Origin: Psammoneis japonica
Taxonomy: Eukaryota
Assembly (NCBI GenBank): GCA_008632985.1
Contig: QPGO01000091.1
Location: 124,001 to 188,000 of the forward strand
Direction of reading: 5' to 3'
Length of the DNA stretch: 64,000 nucleotides
Part shown: positions 50,101-62,137 of the stretch, one piece after another
Layout: each line of letters begins with the position of its first letter
How positions within the stretch are numbered: position 1 is the stretch's first letter
The notes under the pieces: generated by a model
What the model was told of the DNA's origin: nothing
Database searches by the model: none
Seen by the model: only the letters and a program-made list of their open reading frames with translations
Translations under genes and position numbers: made by a program

Positions 50101-50315
50101 ATGACAAGAAACCAATTTTCAAGCAAGAATTTGGGCCTGGATTGAAATTTTTGCAGCCTCCTCCTCTGACTCATGTGAATCTCCTTGTTGGAATCCAACG
50201 ACACACTGATGGTGCTGGCTTTGGTGGTGGGCTGTTGTTTTTGGTTCAAGATTCCTTGATGGGCTGACCATTTGCCGTTGTTGGTGTTGATCCACTTCTT
50301 TCAATGGAGGTTGCA

Positions 50316-51716
50316 TGCCACCCATGTTTGCAATGTGCAATGATGCGCTGCTGCAGAGCCAAGATGCACTCCAGTGCAATGTTGCAAAGAGATGCAACCA
50401 GCAGAAATCTCTTGATGGGGAACCAAATGGATGGACAAGAATCTGCTTGAAGAGTCATTTGCTGCCTCAGATCAAAGCCACAAACAAATGCAAGGCAAGA
50501 AGTGTTGGAAGGATGGAGACAGAAGAAAAACTTCCACTGGAGGGATTGTCAGTTGGCTCAGAATGCTGAGGCATGGCTGACGCTAGAGGGAGGTTTGCAG
50601 TGGCCATTGTCAGGACAACAGACCACTGGGGAGGAATTTGTGTTGGGTGCAATGATGTTGCTGGTGTTGGAGCCAAAGTCACTGGTTTCATTGTTGGCTC
50701 TGAGCCAATGCCCATCTCTTCTAAATCCACCAGCACCTCACATTTTTCCCACCCAATCATCCATGTCACATGTCATCCAACAATCCTTTGTGCAGTTGAA
50801 TGATGATGCAAGAGCCAATCAACTTCCATCACAATTGAGACTTGCAGTCAGTCCTTGACATTTTGGGTCTCCCATTTGTCCTCATTTGCTGGACAAGGAG
50901 TCACCAAGCATGCTCCAGAGTCACAGTCACATGACAGCAAACCGTGTCACCAAAATGCTTGGCAATCCCAAGAAAACAGCCAGGAAGCCTTTTTGACTTT
51001 GGAAAAGACTCATTCAAGACGCAGTGCCAAACCGGTGCCCCAAAAGACAAATTGGAACATGCTGGTTTCAGGAGCATTGCCAAAGTGCAACTCCTCTGAA
51101 GTTTGCCACCCGTGTTTGCGACGTGCAATGATGCACTGCTGCAGAGCTGAGATGCACTCCAGTGCAACATTGCAAAGAGATGCAACCAGCAGAAAGCTCT
51201 TGATGGGAACCAAACAGACAGACAAGAATCTGCTTGAAGAATCATTTGCTGCCTCAGATCAAAGCCACAAACAAATGCAAGACAAGAGCTGTTAGAAGGA
51301 CAGAGACAGAAGAAAAACTTCCACTCAAGGAATTGTCAGTTGGCTCAGAATGCTGAGGCATGGCTGACGCTAGAGGGAGGTTCGCAGTGGCCATTGTCAG
51401 GACAACAGACCACTGGGGAGGAATTTGTGTTGGGTGCAATGATGTTGCTGGTGTTGGAGCCAAAGTCACTGGTTTCATTGATGGCTCTGAGCCAATGCCT
51501 GTCTCTTCTAAATCCACCAGCACCTCACATTTTTCCTGCCCAATCATCCATGTTGCATGTCGTCCAACAATCCTTTGTGCAGTTGAATGACAATGCAAGA
51601 GCCAATTGACTTCCATCACAATTGAGACTTGCAGTCAGTCCTTGACATTTTGAGTCTCCCATTCCTCATTTGCTGGACAAGGAGTCACCAAGCATGCTCC
51701 AGAGTCACAGCCACAT
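50316..51716. repeat. Direct repeat pair of about 615 bp (50316-50932 and 51104-51716)
   Basis: Colinear alignment; differences dominated by CA/TG/CG swaps. Confidence 0.93.
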
Positions 51717-51779
51717 TCTTTTTCTGCATCTTCTTCTTGACATTCTAGTCGCCACTTCTGGTTGAATGCATTGTTGCAT

Positions 51780-53000
51780 CTGGACAGCACACTGGACAAT
51801 GGTCCTCAGGAGCTGCATTCAAGTGCATGAGGAGCACAACAATGCCATGTTCCCCCACACAATTGGAGCCATCTGCATTGGGCCCGCCACAGCAATGAAC
51901 AAGGTGTAAATTGCCTCATGTCCCTCTCCTCAGGAAAGCACATTGTTCACAACAAACGACTGATTTGCCTGTTCCAGCAGATGCAATCCACTGGGTCAAT
52001 GAGCTTGGCCACATGCAGGACATGCACGCCACCCTCATGTTCTTCATGTGGAGACACCAACATGCTGAACATGACCACCCCCCAGCTCAGCAGATGGCAA
52101 CCATGACTTGGGCTGTGACCCCAGCAACAATGCTTCTGATGGCAAGCCTCTCTAAATGCAAACTCAGACTCTTCATGAGATGACTCAACCAGTGATGATT
52201 TTTGATCTGGACAACCTGTCATGGCTGCATCCTGTCCTGCAGGAGTGAGGCCTTTTGTTGACTGCATTGACCGCCGCACCCACATCATCACCACAGATGT
52301 GTGAACAACATGAGCAACAATTGGAGTGCATTGCCAGCTGCTGCAAGACCTCAGCAGATAAAGCACCAGGCACCACAGGAGTGGGAAATGCAGGAGTGGG
52401 GAGCCATGCAGAAAAAACAACAATGTGGACAGTCCAGGAGACTCAGAGTCAGACGTGGTGGCACCTGATCTCATCCCAGGGAAACATGATTTCATGCCAC
52501 CACCAGATGATGATTCAAGCAATGATGAGAGTGTGGGACCAGATGAGAGTTGATGTCAACTCAAGCAATGATGAGAGTGTGGGACCAGATGACTGCCAAA
52601 GGAATGATGACAAACCCAGTGACAGTGCTGACATGCCAGCCCCAAAAAGTGCAAAATGCAGCTCTGGTGACTCCAACTCTGACAATGCCAATGACAACAA
52701 GGATGTCATGGGTGACATGGGCTGCACATGTTGCAATTTGACCCTGGCTCAAAATCTTTAGGTGCAAAGAAGGAACATGAGACTGTGGCTGCAGGTGTGA
52801 CTCTGAGAGCTCAACTGGCAGTTGCGGCACCCCAGCATGCAACATTTCGAACACCCGGTGGGCACCCTGTTTCCAGCCAAACAGAAGTTGGCAAAGAAAT
52901 GGCTGAAAGCTTGCCAGGGTCAAGGCCAGTGCAATGGACAAGGAAATGAAACAACTGGATTTCCAGGATGTCACCCAGCTGGTGATTGCCAAAGACACAG
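51780..53000 (+). mobile_element. Decayed Ty1/Copia (diatom CoDi-like) pol fragment, post-integrase region to RT start
   Basis: IQVHEEHNNAM.P.TIGAIC.GP..NEQG..MSLSSG, LPVP.D.I..V..LG, acidic linker, then KK.LK...A..KEMKQL. Confidence 0.72.
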
Positions 53001-53391
53001 CACTGCCACAGACTCTCGGCAGTTTTTGTGTTGAGGTGCCACGCAGCATGGCAGGTGTTGCCAATGACAAGAGGAGGACACATCTTCTGCATTCTCCCCA
53101 CCTTTCTTCCACTGTCACACTTGGCTCACCCCTTTCTTCTTGAATCGAAATCTAGAGTGTCTCCTGTGTGTGGATGACTCTCTGCTCGCTGGGTGACTTC
53201 CTCTCAAACTGTCCCGCGTGCGTTGACAGACATGACATGATGATGAGAGGCAGCGCGTCGAGAGCGCATTTTTTTGCTTTGCCTCTCTTATTGTGAGCAT
53301 TTATTTCACAACTCACAACTTACTCGAGCATCTGCGCTGGGCCTATCATCCTTCTTACTCCTTACTCTTTGCTTGCAGGAATAGCCACGCA

Positions 53392-56127
53392 ATGACGAGA
53401 ACTCCAAAATTATTCTCGACTTCTTCATCGTTCGTCAAGAGATGTTACGGATTATTCATTCTGCTTCTCGGGGCAAGCTTGCATACCGTTGCCTCACAGA
53501 CATGCATCAATGACCCCGCCAGCCATCAGACATCGTTGGACCGAGAGCTATGGTCAAGTTCTGTCGAGAACGGAATGATAGGATCAGTAATACTTCAAGA
53601 CGTTGAATCGTCTGCCGCCTATGGATTAACGTCAATGTGGGTTTACCTGGATCGTAAGAATGACCGTGTTCGCCGGATTCTGACAGTCCACACGGTCAAC
53701 CAAAAACAGCAGGAGCCTCCACTAGAGATTGTCGTATCCAGTAGTCGAATTTACGCCTTCTTGCAGCAAGATAGGTCCACGCCGACTCTATCATCGGGTG
53801 TGATGCCAGAATATCAATGGGCTCACATTGGATTTTCGTGGGTCAGTGAACCACAAGAGCACGTGGAAGGCAACAATACCGCCCGTTCTGCTGCGACTAC
53901 AAAGTTGGCCTTATATGTCAACGGACAAGCTGTTTCAGTTGTGCACATGACAGGCGCTCTAGTATTTGGAGCCAACAGTCAGTGGGTTATAGGAGGCACT
54001 GATGAAGATCATCTTCGTTTTAGCCACTGGGGCATTTGGTTCCGTTCTCTACCATCGCCTCATGCTTTCTGGGAAGGATACGAAGGCGGTCTTAACCAAG
54101 CATCTTTTGCCGCCGGCGTAAGTGAGGAGAAGCTCTGGGCCCTGCATCCGAATCATTTGTACCTTGTTCATGCTCTTCCCTCAAGTGAAGACGATGACGA
54201 CGTCCAGTGGTCGTGGGAGATGGTGGATGCCATGAACAAAATACACGGCTTGGTTCAACGCCGCGACTTGTTTGTCCAAAGCTTCTTCAAGACACCCAAG
54301 AACTACGAAGCATACAGAGATGGGAGCTTCAAACGTCATGTTAGTAACGATATGCTACAACACAGTGACACGGTGGCACGCCATCGACGCCAGTACATTA
54401 AGCGAGCCATGCAACACGTGTGGTCAAACTATCAAGAGCATGCCTGGGGTCAAGACGAGATGTATCCCGTCAGTGGCAAGGGAAGCGACAATTGGGGTGG
54501 AATTGGTACCACCCTTGTGGATTCTCTCAGTACGCTATGGCTCCTCAATATGACTGAAGAGTTCAACGAAGCGAAAGAGTGGGTTGCCAACGAGTTGAGA
54601 TTTGACCACGTGGGACAGGTGTCAGTTTTCGAAACAACGATTCGTCATTTAGGAGGACTCTTGTCAGCCTACGATTTGACATTGGAGAATGTGTTTTTGG
54701 AAAAAGCCAAGGATCTGGGACAGCGTCTGCTACGCGCCTTCGAGTCTCCCAGCGGTATCCCCTTTGGGAGGACGGTTCTCAATGCAAAGCACGGGCATGG
54801 CTCTTCGAACACTAATTGGCACAGACAGTCTGCAGCCCTTGCTGAGTTGGGCACGCTACAAGTGGAGTTTCGATACCTCTCACGAGTCACTGGTAACCCA
54901 GAGTACGAAGAGAAAGCCATGAAAGTCTTTGAATTGATGGAGCCACTTCAACCAGCCGAAGGCCTGTTCCCAATCTTTGTCAACAACCTAGACGAGTTTC
55001 CAACATTACGCAAGAGTCAAGTATCCATGGGCGCCATGGGGGATAGCTTTTACGAGTATCTTTTGAAGGTGTGGCTGCAGGGAGGAAAACGCGAGAACAA
55101 ATATCGGGAAATGTACGATCGAGCGATGAATGGCTTTCACAACAACATTGTTCACGAGAGTTCTCCTAATCGCCTCACATACATTGCAGAAATGGATAAG
55201 AATGATGCTCTTGTACCTAAGATGGATCACTTGGCTTGTTTTATGGGCGGTGAGTGATCCATCCTGGATAGTATTGTAGTCTTCATTCCGCACACCTCTT
55301 CTTTGCCTTCTCACCCATCCACTTGTTTTTAATTTGTGCTTTTCAGGAAACCTGGCATTGGGTGCATACACTCATCCTGATGGGTTGGATTCCCCAAATG
55401 CTCAACGCGACCTTCGAGTTGGGAAAGGTACGTTGGATTATTGACAAGTAGAAACGCGCTCATTATTGACCGTCTCTCATTCTACTTTCTGTCATATTTT
55501 CGGCAGCCTTGGCGTACACCTGCTATCAAATGTATGCCCAGTCCAAGACTGGCATGGCCCCAGAACTCGTTAGATTTCATCCAGGTTCTGACTTTGTAGT
55601 CACAAACACGGATACTCACAATTTGCTACGACCCGAGACGGTCGAGACGTTCTTTATTCTACACTTTCTGACCAAGGATCCCATATATCGTGAGTGGGGA
55701 TGGGAGATCTTTCTCGCCTTGGAAGAATGCAGCCGTACCAAGATTGGTTACGCTTCCTTGCGGAACGTCAATGATCATGATCATGGACACGAAGATAAGA
55801 TGGAATCCTTCTTTTTGGCGGAAACTCTTAAGGTAGGCGGTATACGCACTTGTTGACTTCGCTCTACTCGCAAACTCTGCTGTGTTGAGCATTTCCTTCC
55901 TCTTCATAGCTGACACGGTAACTTTTGTACCGCTCTCTGTAGTACCTTTATCTTCTACAAGACCCAGATATGCAGTTGGACATTCTGAACAAGGTACGTT
56001 ACCTCCGACATCGGCGATTTGCAGGTTTTCAGGTTGCTAATTCAGCTCCTGTATTAATATCCTTCTTTTGTAGCATGTATTCAATACTGAAGCACATCCT
56101 TTGAGAATGTTTGATCGACTGGGGTAG
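53392..56127 (+). CDS. Class I alpha-1,2-mannosidase (GH47) with N-terminal LamG/ConA-like region; exons 53392-55249, 55347-55427, 55507-55832, 55943-55993, 56074-56127
   Basis: AWGQDE.YP, TLVDSLSTL, SVFETTIR.LGGLLSAY, LAELGTLQVEF, GDSFYEYLLK, MDHLACF, LLRPETVE, MESFFLAETLKYLYL, FNTEAHP; four GT-AG introns keep frame. Confidence 0.96.
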
Positions 56128-56636
56128 ATGCTGCACCTTCTGCCATAGATTTGAGCCGTCACCGTTAATGTGGTGTCTGCAGTTTTAGTTACTTGGAGTT
56201 GGTGACACGTCTAGATACTCGAAGCTGGAGAGGGCCCAAGAAAAAGCGGGGCTTTGTAGTTTAGAACACGTACAACCTATCGTTCCGGCTGGCTTGAAGC
56301 TACCGAAACAGATCGACACAAGTTCAAGCTTGGACGCACATAAATTCCTTCACCACTTGTAGCGTCAGATGTTGTAGTGTATTTTCTAGATAGTAGGGCT
56401 TACTTCTACCTAGTCATGCCAGATACATCCCGCTTTCTTCTCTACCGGTATGGAAGAAGTAAGGAATGACCCATTGCGAAGTGCGCTTGGAACGGCGGTC
56501 TTTGGCTTCAACAAAATGAACCAAAAGATAGACAGCAGCGAGGTAGCTTATCTTATGATCCCCTTCGCCTAGCTAGCTAGCTAGTGCGCTACTGCACGCG
56601 ACATGCGATGTATAGTACGGTACATACTGTATGGTG

Positions 56637-56646
56637 TAGGGCCCTA
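56637..56646. promoter_or_regulatory. Palindrome TAGGGCCCTA
   Basis: About 230 bp upstream of ATG 56872, next to (CTAG)n; recurrent motif, function unproven. Confidence 0.3.
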
Positions 56647-56871
56647 TGCCATGCAGGAACAACCCTCATCGTCAGTCGTCAACCGACAACCGAACAAGCC
56701 CGCGCTCACGTATCACGCAACGCACGCAACACGCAACACAGTCTGTTATTTGTTATGTGATGTGAAAAGTGAATGACCGTATCCAGTATATTACTTTCGT
56801 AACTCATTCTCTCCATCTATCAACCCACCTATACCTGTAGCGTGTTCCCATATTGAAGGAAAAGCGAGAGC

Positions 56872-58104
56872 ATGGAAGAAATGCAAGTGAGGCCTCATCA
56901 TCAGTCGCTTCCACGTCGTCGTTCGGTTCGAATTCTTCATCAGAGTTTACCAGCGCATCTCATTCGTCGTTTGGAACAAATAGCCTCAAACGATCCGACT
57001 CTTGAGAATGTGGATTATGATTCATTTGACGATGACGCTGCTGAAGCACTGGGCTTGGCCTTGAGGGAACGCATTTCCTCCGAAAAGCCAGTCATGATCG
57101 ACAGACTCATCTTTCATCACAACAACACCGTTTCCGTGCGCGGAGTGCGAGCGGTGGCTTCGTTTATACCGGGGAGCGTCGAAAAATTTCATTGTCATGC
57201 TGAGATTGGAGACGCGGGAGCTGTAGAGCTTGTCCGTGGGTTATCATCAGCCATGGAGGGAGGAGCATCGAACAACTTGAAGGAGCTAACTCTTTGCTTT
57301 TGTACCAGCATCGGCGACGAGGGGCTCATGAGCATGGCGAATGATCTTCTTGCGAACCCTTGCTGTGCTCTTCGTGCGTTCAATTTCAATTCAGATCGCA
57401 TTTCTTTCGAAGCATGGCAAGCGTTCGGTCGAGCCGTGCGTATCAACACATCGATTACAACACTGACGCTCGGCGACATTGATTCAAAGAGTGCGTGTAT
57501 GCTTTTTGGAGAATTGAAGCACAATAAAAGCATAGAAACGTTGTGTTTCGGTTACAACTACATTGATGATGCGGGAGCTACGGCTCTTGGAGAGTTGCTG
57601 AAAATGCAAAGCAAGAATGAGGCTAACGCAGAAATGCACAACTCCTCGCTCAAACGTGTTCATCTCCATTACAACAGGATCACGGACGACGGTGCCATAG
57701 CGATCGCCCGAGGTCTCGAGGACAATGACTCTTTGGAGCTTCTTGATCTAGTGGGAAACAAGATTTGTGAGAGAGGAAGTCAGGCTCTTTTAAAGGCAGT
57801 GAAAAAGAACTGTACCATCAAGCAACTTGAAGTGCAATCGCGTGGTCGCGATGCGAATACAGTCTCTTTGATCAGTCAAATTGACTTTTACTGTCAGTTG
57901 AATCGTGTTGGACGGAAACACATTGGTGACTTGTCCATTCCATCGTCCTTGTGGCCCGTCATTTTAGCCAAGAAAAGCATCAATGATGAGCCTGGTTTGT
58001 TGTTTTGGATGTTGCGAGAGAAACCAGATATTTTTACGCGGCAAGACGCAGTCGTATCGCCACGAAAGAAACAATGTCGAAAGCGACGACGTGCGGAGCT
58101 CTAA
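56872..58104 (+). CDS. RNI-like/NLRC3-like leucine-rich-repeat protein
   Basis: NDPTL N-cap, repeats such as L.L.YN.I.DDGA.A(L/I)A..L..N.SL, C-terminal LNRVGR...SLWP.IL..LREKP. Confidence 0.92.
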   Translation: MEEMQVRPHHQSLPRRRSVRILHQSLPAHLIRRLEQIASNDPTLENVDYDSFDDDAAEALGLALRERISSEKPVMIDRLIFHHNNTVSVRGVRAVASFIPGSVEKFHCHAEIGDAGAVELVRGLSSAMEGGASNNLKELTLCFCTSIGDEGLMSMANDLLANPCCALRAFNFNSDRISFEAWQAFGRAVRINTSITTLTLGDIDSKSACMLFGELKHNKSIETLCFGYNYIDDAGATALGELLKMQSKNEANAEMHNSSLKRVHLHYNRITDDGAIAIARGLEDNDSLELLDLVGNKICERGSQALLKAVKKNCTIKQLEVQSRGRDANTVSLISQIDFYCQLNRVGRKHIGDLSIPSSLWPVILAKKSINDEPGLLFWMLREKPDIFTRQDAVVSPRKKQCRKRRRAEL

Positions 58105-58600
58105 GTCCAATCTGAGGGACATTTTTCATTGAATCGATGCGTTTGCGCCACCCCGGCGGCAGCGCATCAGACGCCTGCCGAAATGGACGATTTACTCTGG
58201 CTTGGGTCCTATTCGAAAAAAAAATGGAGCAAGAGAATCGGCGGACGAATTGGATTTGCATTATTTGACGAACGAGATTTATTTTTTCATCATATTTTAT
58301 TTTTCATTACTAATCATCATTTTTTCAGACTCCGATCCATTGGCTACCGACAATTCTTAGACGGCTCACTTTTTCCAAAGCGGGGACTCCTTGCGCGCTA
58401 GTACAGTAGCTGGCTGGGTTAAGTGGCCAAAACATTCTTGCAGAGGCATGCATTCGGAAAGAGGTGCACTATCTCAATTTCTCATTACTCTTTTTCGGGT
58501 TGGACTTCAGGCGTGCCTGCAGCTAGGATCAAGTTCGATGATTCCATGTCCATTCCGGCAGGCCACTTGCTGCCATCAAAGGAGACTGATTTCTTTCTCG

Positions 58601-58610
58601 TAGGGCCCTA
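58601..58610. promoter_or_regulatory. Palindrome TAGGGCCCTA
   Basis: About 310 bp upstream of ATG 58919; recurrent motif, function unproven. Confidence 0.3.
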
Positions 58611-58918
58611 GTAGTAAACACAAGAGCACTGAGCTTGCTACTAATTGTAGTAGAGCAATGGATGCAGGACTGCCTTTAGCTACTTCTATGGTATGGTGCG
58701 CTCTATCCACCAGTAGAGTGGACGTGCAGTCGAATCAATCATTCGCAGGTTCAAAGATCGCGAGACTGCTTCAGTACAAATTCTACGTCGCACAGTACAC
58801 AAGATTTGTTTAGAGACGTCCCAGAAACCGGCTTGGGACGACGATGGAGTTCACTTTCCGCGGCTTGCTGTCCAACAAAGAGCAATCACGCTGAAACCAT
58901 CCTTTCTCTTCTTCCACC

Positions 58919-59284
58919 ATGTCGAAATTTGTGACTCTCACCCCCACCTTTACCATTGTCAACGCCGAAGAAGTCGAAAAGGTCATGAAGACTCTCTTTG
59001 ACAAGACGTCGGCAGAAGAACCCGGCTGCCTCTACTACTCGTGGGTCCAAAAGGGCGATACGCTCAAATGTCGCGAAGCGTACAAGAGCGGGGCCGCTCT
59101 CAACACTCACATCCAGAACGCTTTGCCCATTCTTGGTCCCGCCCTTGATGCGGGGTATCTAAAGATGGAGAGTGCCGAAGTTACGGGACCCAAGGAAGAG
59201 TTGGAGATTGCCAAAGAGACATGTGATGGTCTAGGTGCAGAATACTTTGCTCTCTCGGATCATGGGTGCTATGTCAGTGTCTAA
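58919..59284 (+). CDS. Small dimeric alpha-beta barrel (ABM-like) protein
   Basis: EEPGCLYY, CREAY...A...H..N, EVTGP.EEL; good start context (accATG). Confidence 0.75.
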   Translation: MSKFVTLTPTFTIVNAEEVEKVMKTLFDKTSAEEPGCLYYSWVQKGDTLKCREAYKSGAALNTHIQNALPILGPALDAGYLKMESAEVTGPKEELEIAKETCDGLGAEYFALSDHGCYVSV

Positions 59285-59865
59285 GAATAAAAGGGGTGTC
59301 GACTGAGCGAAGTGAGCTCTGTGTCCCGTAGATGGAAATAGATTAGGGAAAAGCAACTGTGTGTTACCGCACAGCGCAGATTTCAGCCTTGCCTTATTTA
59401 GAAGCTCTCAAAAGTGCTGTATCCCTCTTGCATTTTAAGTCATAGTTTTTCGTAAATTGTTGTATGAATGTAGATGCTAGTAGAATGTCCAACATTGAAA
59501 CAAACTGGACAAAACGATGTATTTGTTGTTCGTTTTTTCGCCTCATTCTTTACTTATTTTAGGGTAATAGCCTAATGAAGTTGCCAGTAAAACACTAAAA
59601 GTATAACAGAACTCTCCGGCAGCTGTTGCAGCTCCATACGACTACCATACTTGATTCCGAGATACTCCTGTTCTCCGATCCGAAAGCAAACGGGGTACCG
59701 CGCCGCACGACTCAGTGAACCCACCAACCAAGACTGAATTCACCAATCAAATTGCTCCGCGTGCCTTTTCAGTCACGTTTGATCTATCACGCAAGACTGA
59801 ACAGATCGCGGTATCTAGCCACCTCATTCTTCATTCTTCGCAAGCTGTCGGAACCTTTACCCACT

Positions 59866-62137
59866 ATGCTTTCGCCTCGTGCAATCAACCTCTTGCTGTT
59901 GATTATCACGTCCACTAGTGAAGTCCACTCCCTGACGTCCAACAACGCCGCCACCGCCATGGCGTCTTCCTCCTCTGACAGCAACAAAAGCGCTACTACG
60001 ACCGATGATACTTTGCGCCAAATCTTTCCCGACACCAAGTCGGTCAAGATTTTTCCCGATGATTTTTTGGACGATCCACACAACGTCGTCGATGCCGATT
60101 TGATTGATCGATATCGCGGACACTTTTCCGATCGCCGAGTGGCCATTTTGATTCGACCGGGTGTCTACGAAAATGTAAATTTGCCCGTTGGTTACTGGAC
60201 GCAAGTATTGGGTAAGTGGCGCGAGCAAATGTGATCGTGATCGCCACATGTCGCGGTAAAAATTGATCATGCCGATGAATAGTCGAAGTTGTTTTTGTGT
60301 TTCTGGTCGCTTGATCTCATCTATTGCTTTTACTTTATCGCTCATAGGACTAGGAGCGACACCAGAGCAGGTTTCCTTTGTGGGTCAATTGGGTGTGTAT
60401 GCCTTGCCGTCCAATACCGATAATCCTGGTGTGGGCAGTCTCGATACCTTTTGGCGAGCGGCGGAAAATTTTGTGTCAGACACGAACTTTGTAAAGTCAC
60501 CCAATGGTACATGGGCGGTACCAGTCATTGACGACTCTCTTGATGTAGACGACAAGGTGCAGGCTAGTTTGGCTCCGGCCGATGGTGTCTTTCCAAAACT
60601 CTACGACATGCCCAATGCTAGTGAAGTCGGTTTGGACGACGACAAAACCTTTGAACCATCCAAAGGCATGCTCTGGGCTGTGTCTCAGGCAGCTCCTCTG
60701 CGGCGTGTGCATGTGAAAAACAATTTGCATCTGTCCTTGGGTGATAACTACGCCAGTGGTGGGTTCCTCGGCAACGTCCAAGTTGACAACAACTTGTTGT
60801 TTGGCACCCAACAACAATTTTGTGTTCGTGGTAGTAGCATTGGCAGTCAAGCCATTGGCGGGGCCTGGTCAATAGTTTTTCATGGTTGCAAGTCCCAGGA
60901 GGGCAAAGCAAGCAAAGACCCAGTCCCGTGGGTAGGCACCAAGCCACAAGTTGTATGGGAAGCACAGACGCCACAACGTGTCGAGAAACCATTTATTTTT
61001 TTGGATGACGATGGCCGCTTGTTTTTGGGCGTACCCCAACTCCAAACTAACGCCCAGGGCGTTGATCACCAACCCGTGTTGCAAAAGTACGAAATTACAC
61101 CGTCGGGCATGGCCGCTCGTGTCGTATCCCCCGAGGACGAATTTGCTGATATTCAAGCCGCGGCTGACAAGGGCATACACCTCATCTTGAGTCCAGGGAC
61201 TTATGAATGGAAAGAGACATTGCATATTCGAAACTCCAACCAAGTCGTGTTGGGGTTGGGTATGGCAACCATTCAAGCACCCGGAACTGGAGCACCATGC
61301 ATCAAGGTGCATCCTCAAGCAGTGGGAGTACGACTGTCCGGTCTTTCTTTGGAAGCTAGTGTCATTTCCAAATTCATTTACGATGGTTCAACCTTGTTAC
61401 AATGGGGCGATCCCGAGCAAATTGGTGCAGGGGACTCCGCCCAACCTGGTGTGATTCACGATCTTTATTGCTTTGTTGGTGGACGAAGTCTTGACCGGAC
61501 CGTCAAGGTACAGACAATGGTCAAGATTTACTCCAGTCATGTCATCGGTGACAATTTGTGGTTGTGGCGTGCAGATCACGTCAAGTTGATGCCCAAGGAA
61601 GCACCAAATCGACCGGAACTGAGCGAATATCACATTACGACTTATGGCGAATGCATGTGTGATACCGGTTTGGAAGTGTATGGTGATCATGTTGTCTTTT
61701 ACGGTCTCGCCGTTGAACATACATACAAGGACATGGTATCGTGGTATGGAAAGCAGGGACGCGTTTACTTTTACCAGAGTGAGATGCCCTACGATGTTTC
61801 TGGTGACGTTTATCAGAATGTGGCGGGGTATCGGGTTCATGTCGGAGCCGATTATCATGTTGCCAAGGGTGTTGGCGTCTACAGCTACTTTCGCGACTAT
61901 GGCGATGTAGAAGTTGACTCTGCTGTTGTCAATCACAGCGTGATGGGAAGTGTATTTGAAAAGGTGTTTACGGTCTGGCTGAATGGTTATTCCGGAATTC
62001 GTTCCGTTATCAATGGACTGGGTGGGCCGACGGGGCAACCTGGAATTCCAATTGAGTATTCAGAGTACAAAGGCGAACATTTGTTGTCGCCACACTTTTG
62101 GAAAGGTATTCCCAAGAAACTTTTTTCCAAGCCCTAA
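59866..62137 (+). CDS. Bacterial-type GH55 exo-beta-1,3-glucanase (laminarinase-like) with signal peptide; exons 59866-60211, 60348-62137
   Basis: PGVY..VGYWTQVLGLG.TP, TFWRAAEN, WAVSQAAPLRRVH, YASGGF, VVLGLGMAT, WLWRADH, GLAVEH, FYQSEMPYD match actinobacterial GH55 motifs. Confidence 0.85.
60212..60347 (-). mobile_element. Ty3/Gypsy pol (RT thumb/connection) fragment forming the whole GH55 intron
   Basis: Minus strand reads without stops PMSDKVKAIDEIKRPETQKQLRLFIGMINFYRDMWRSRSHLLAPLT, a characteristic Gypsy pol segment; similarity ends at the splice sites. Confidence 0.9.

Larger units (their letters stand above)
43250..53200. other. CpG- and TpA-depleted hypermutated tract D (clustered transposon remnants)
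   Basis: About 22 TA counted by eye in 45780-53160; CG similarly rare. Confidence 0.92.

Noticed and set aside
50316..51716. Direct repeats as an LTR pair of the adjacent Copia fragment
   Set aside because: They are only about 170 bp apart, do not flank the pol remnant, and I see no clear PBS or PPT.
36350..53200. Many overlapping 60-280 aa ORFs in all six frames, rich in C, H, M, Q, W
   Set aside because: By-product of TpA loss removing TAA/TAG stops and of CA/TG excess; nearly Tyr-free and with no coherent domains. The real ARM-MYND gene at 41482-42558 is excepted.
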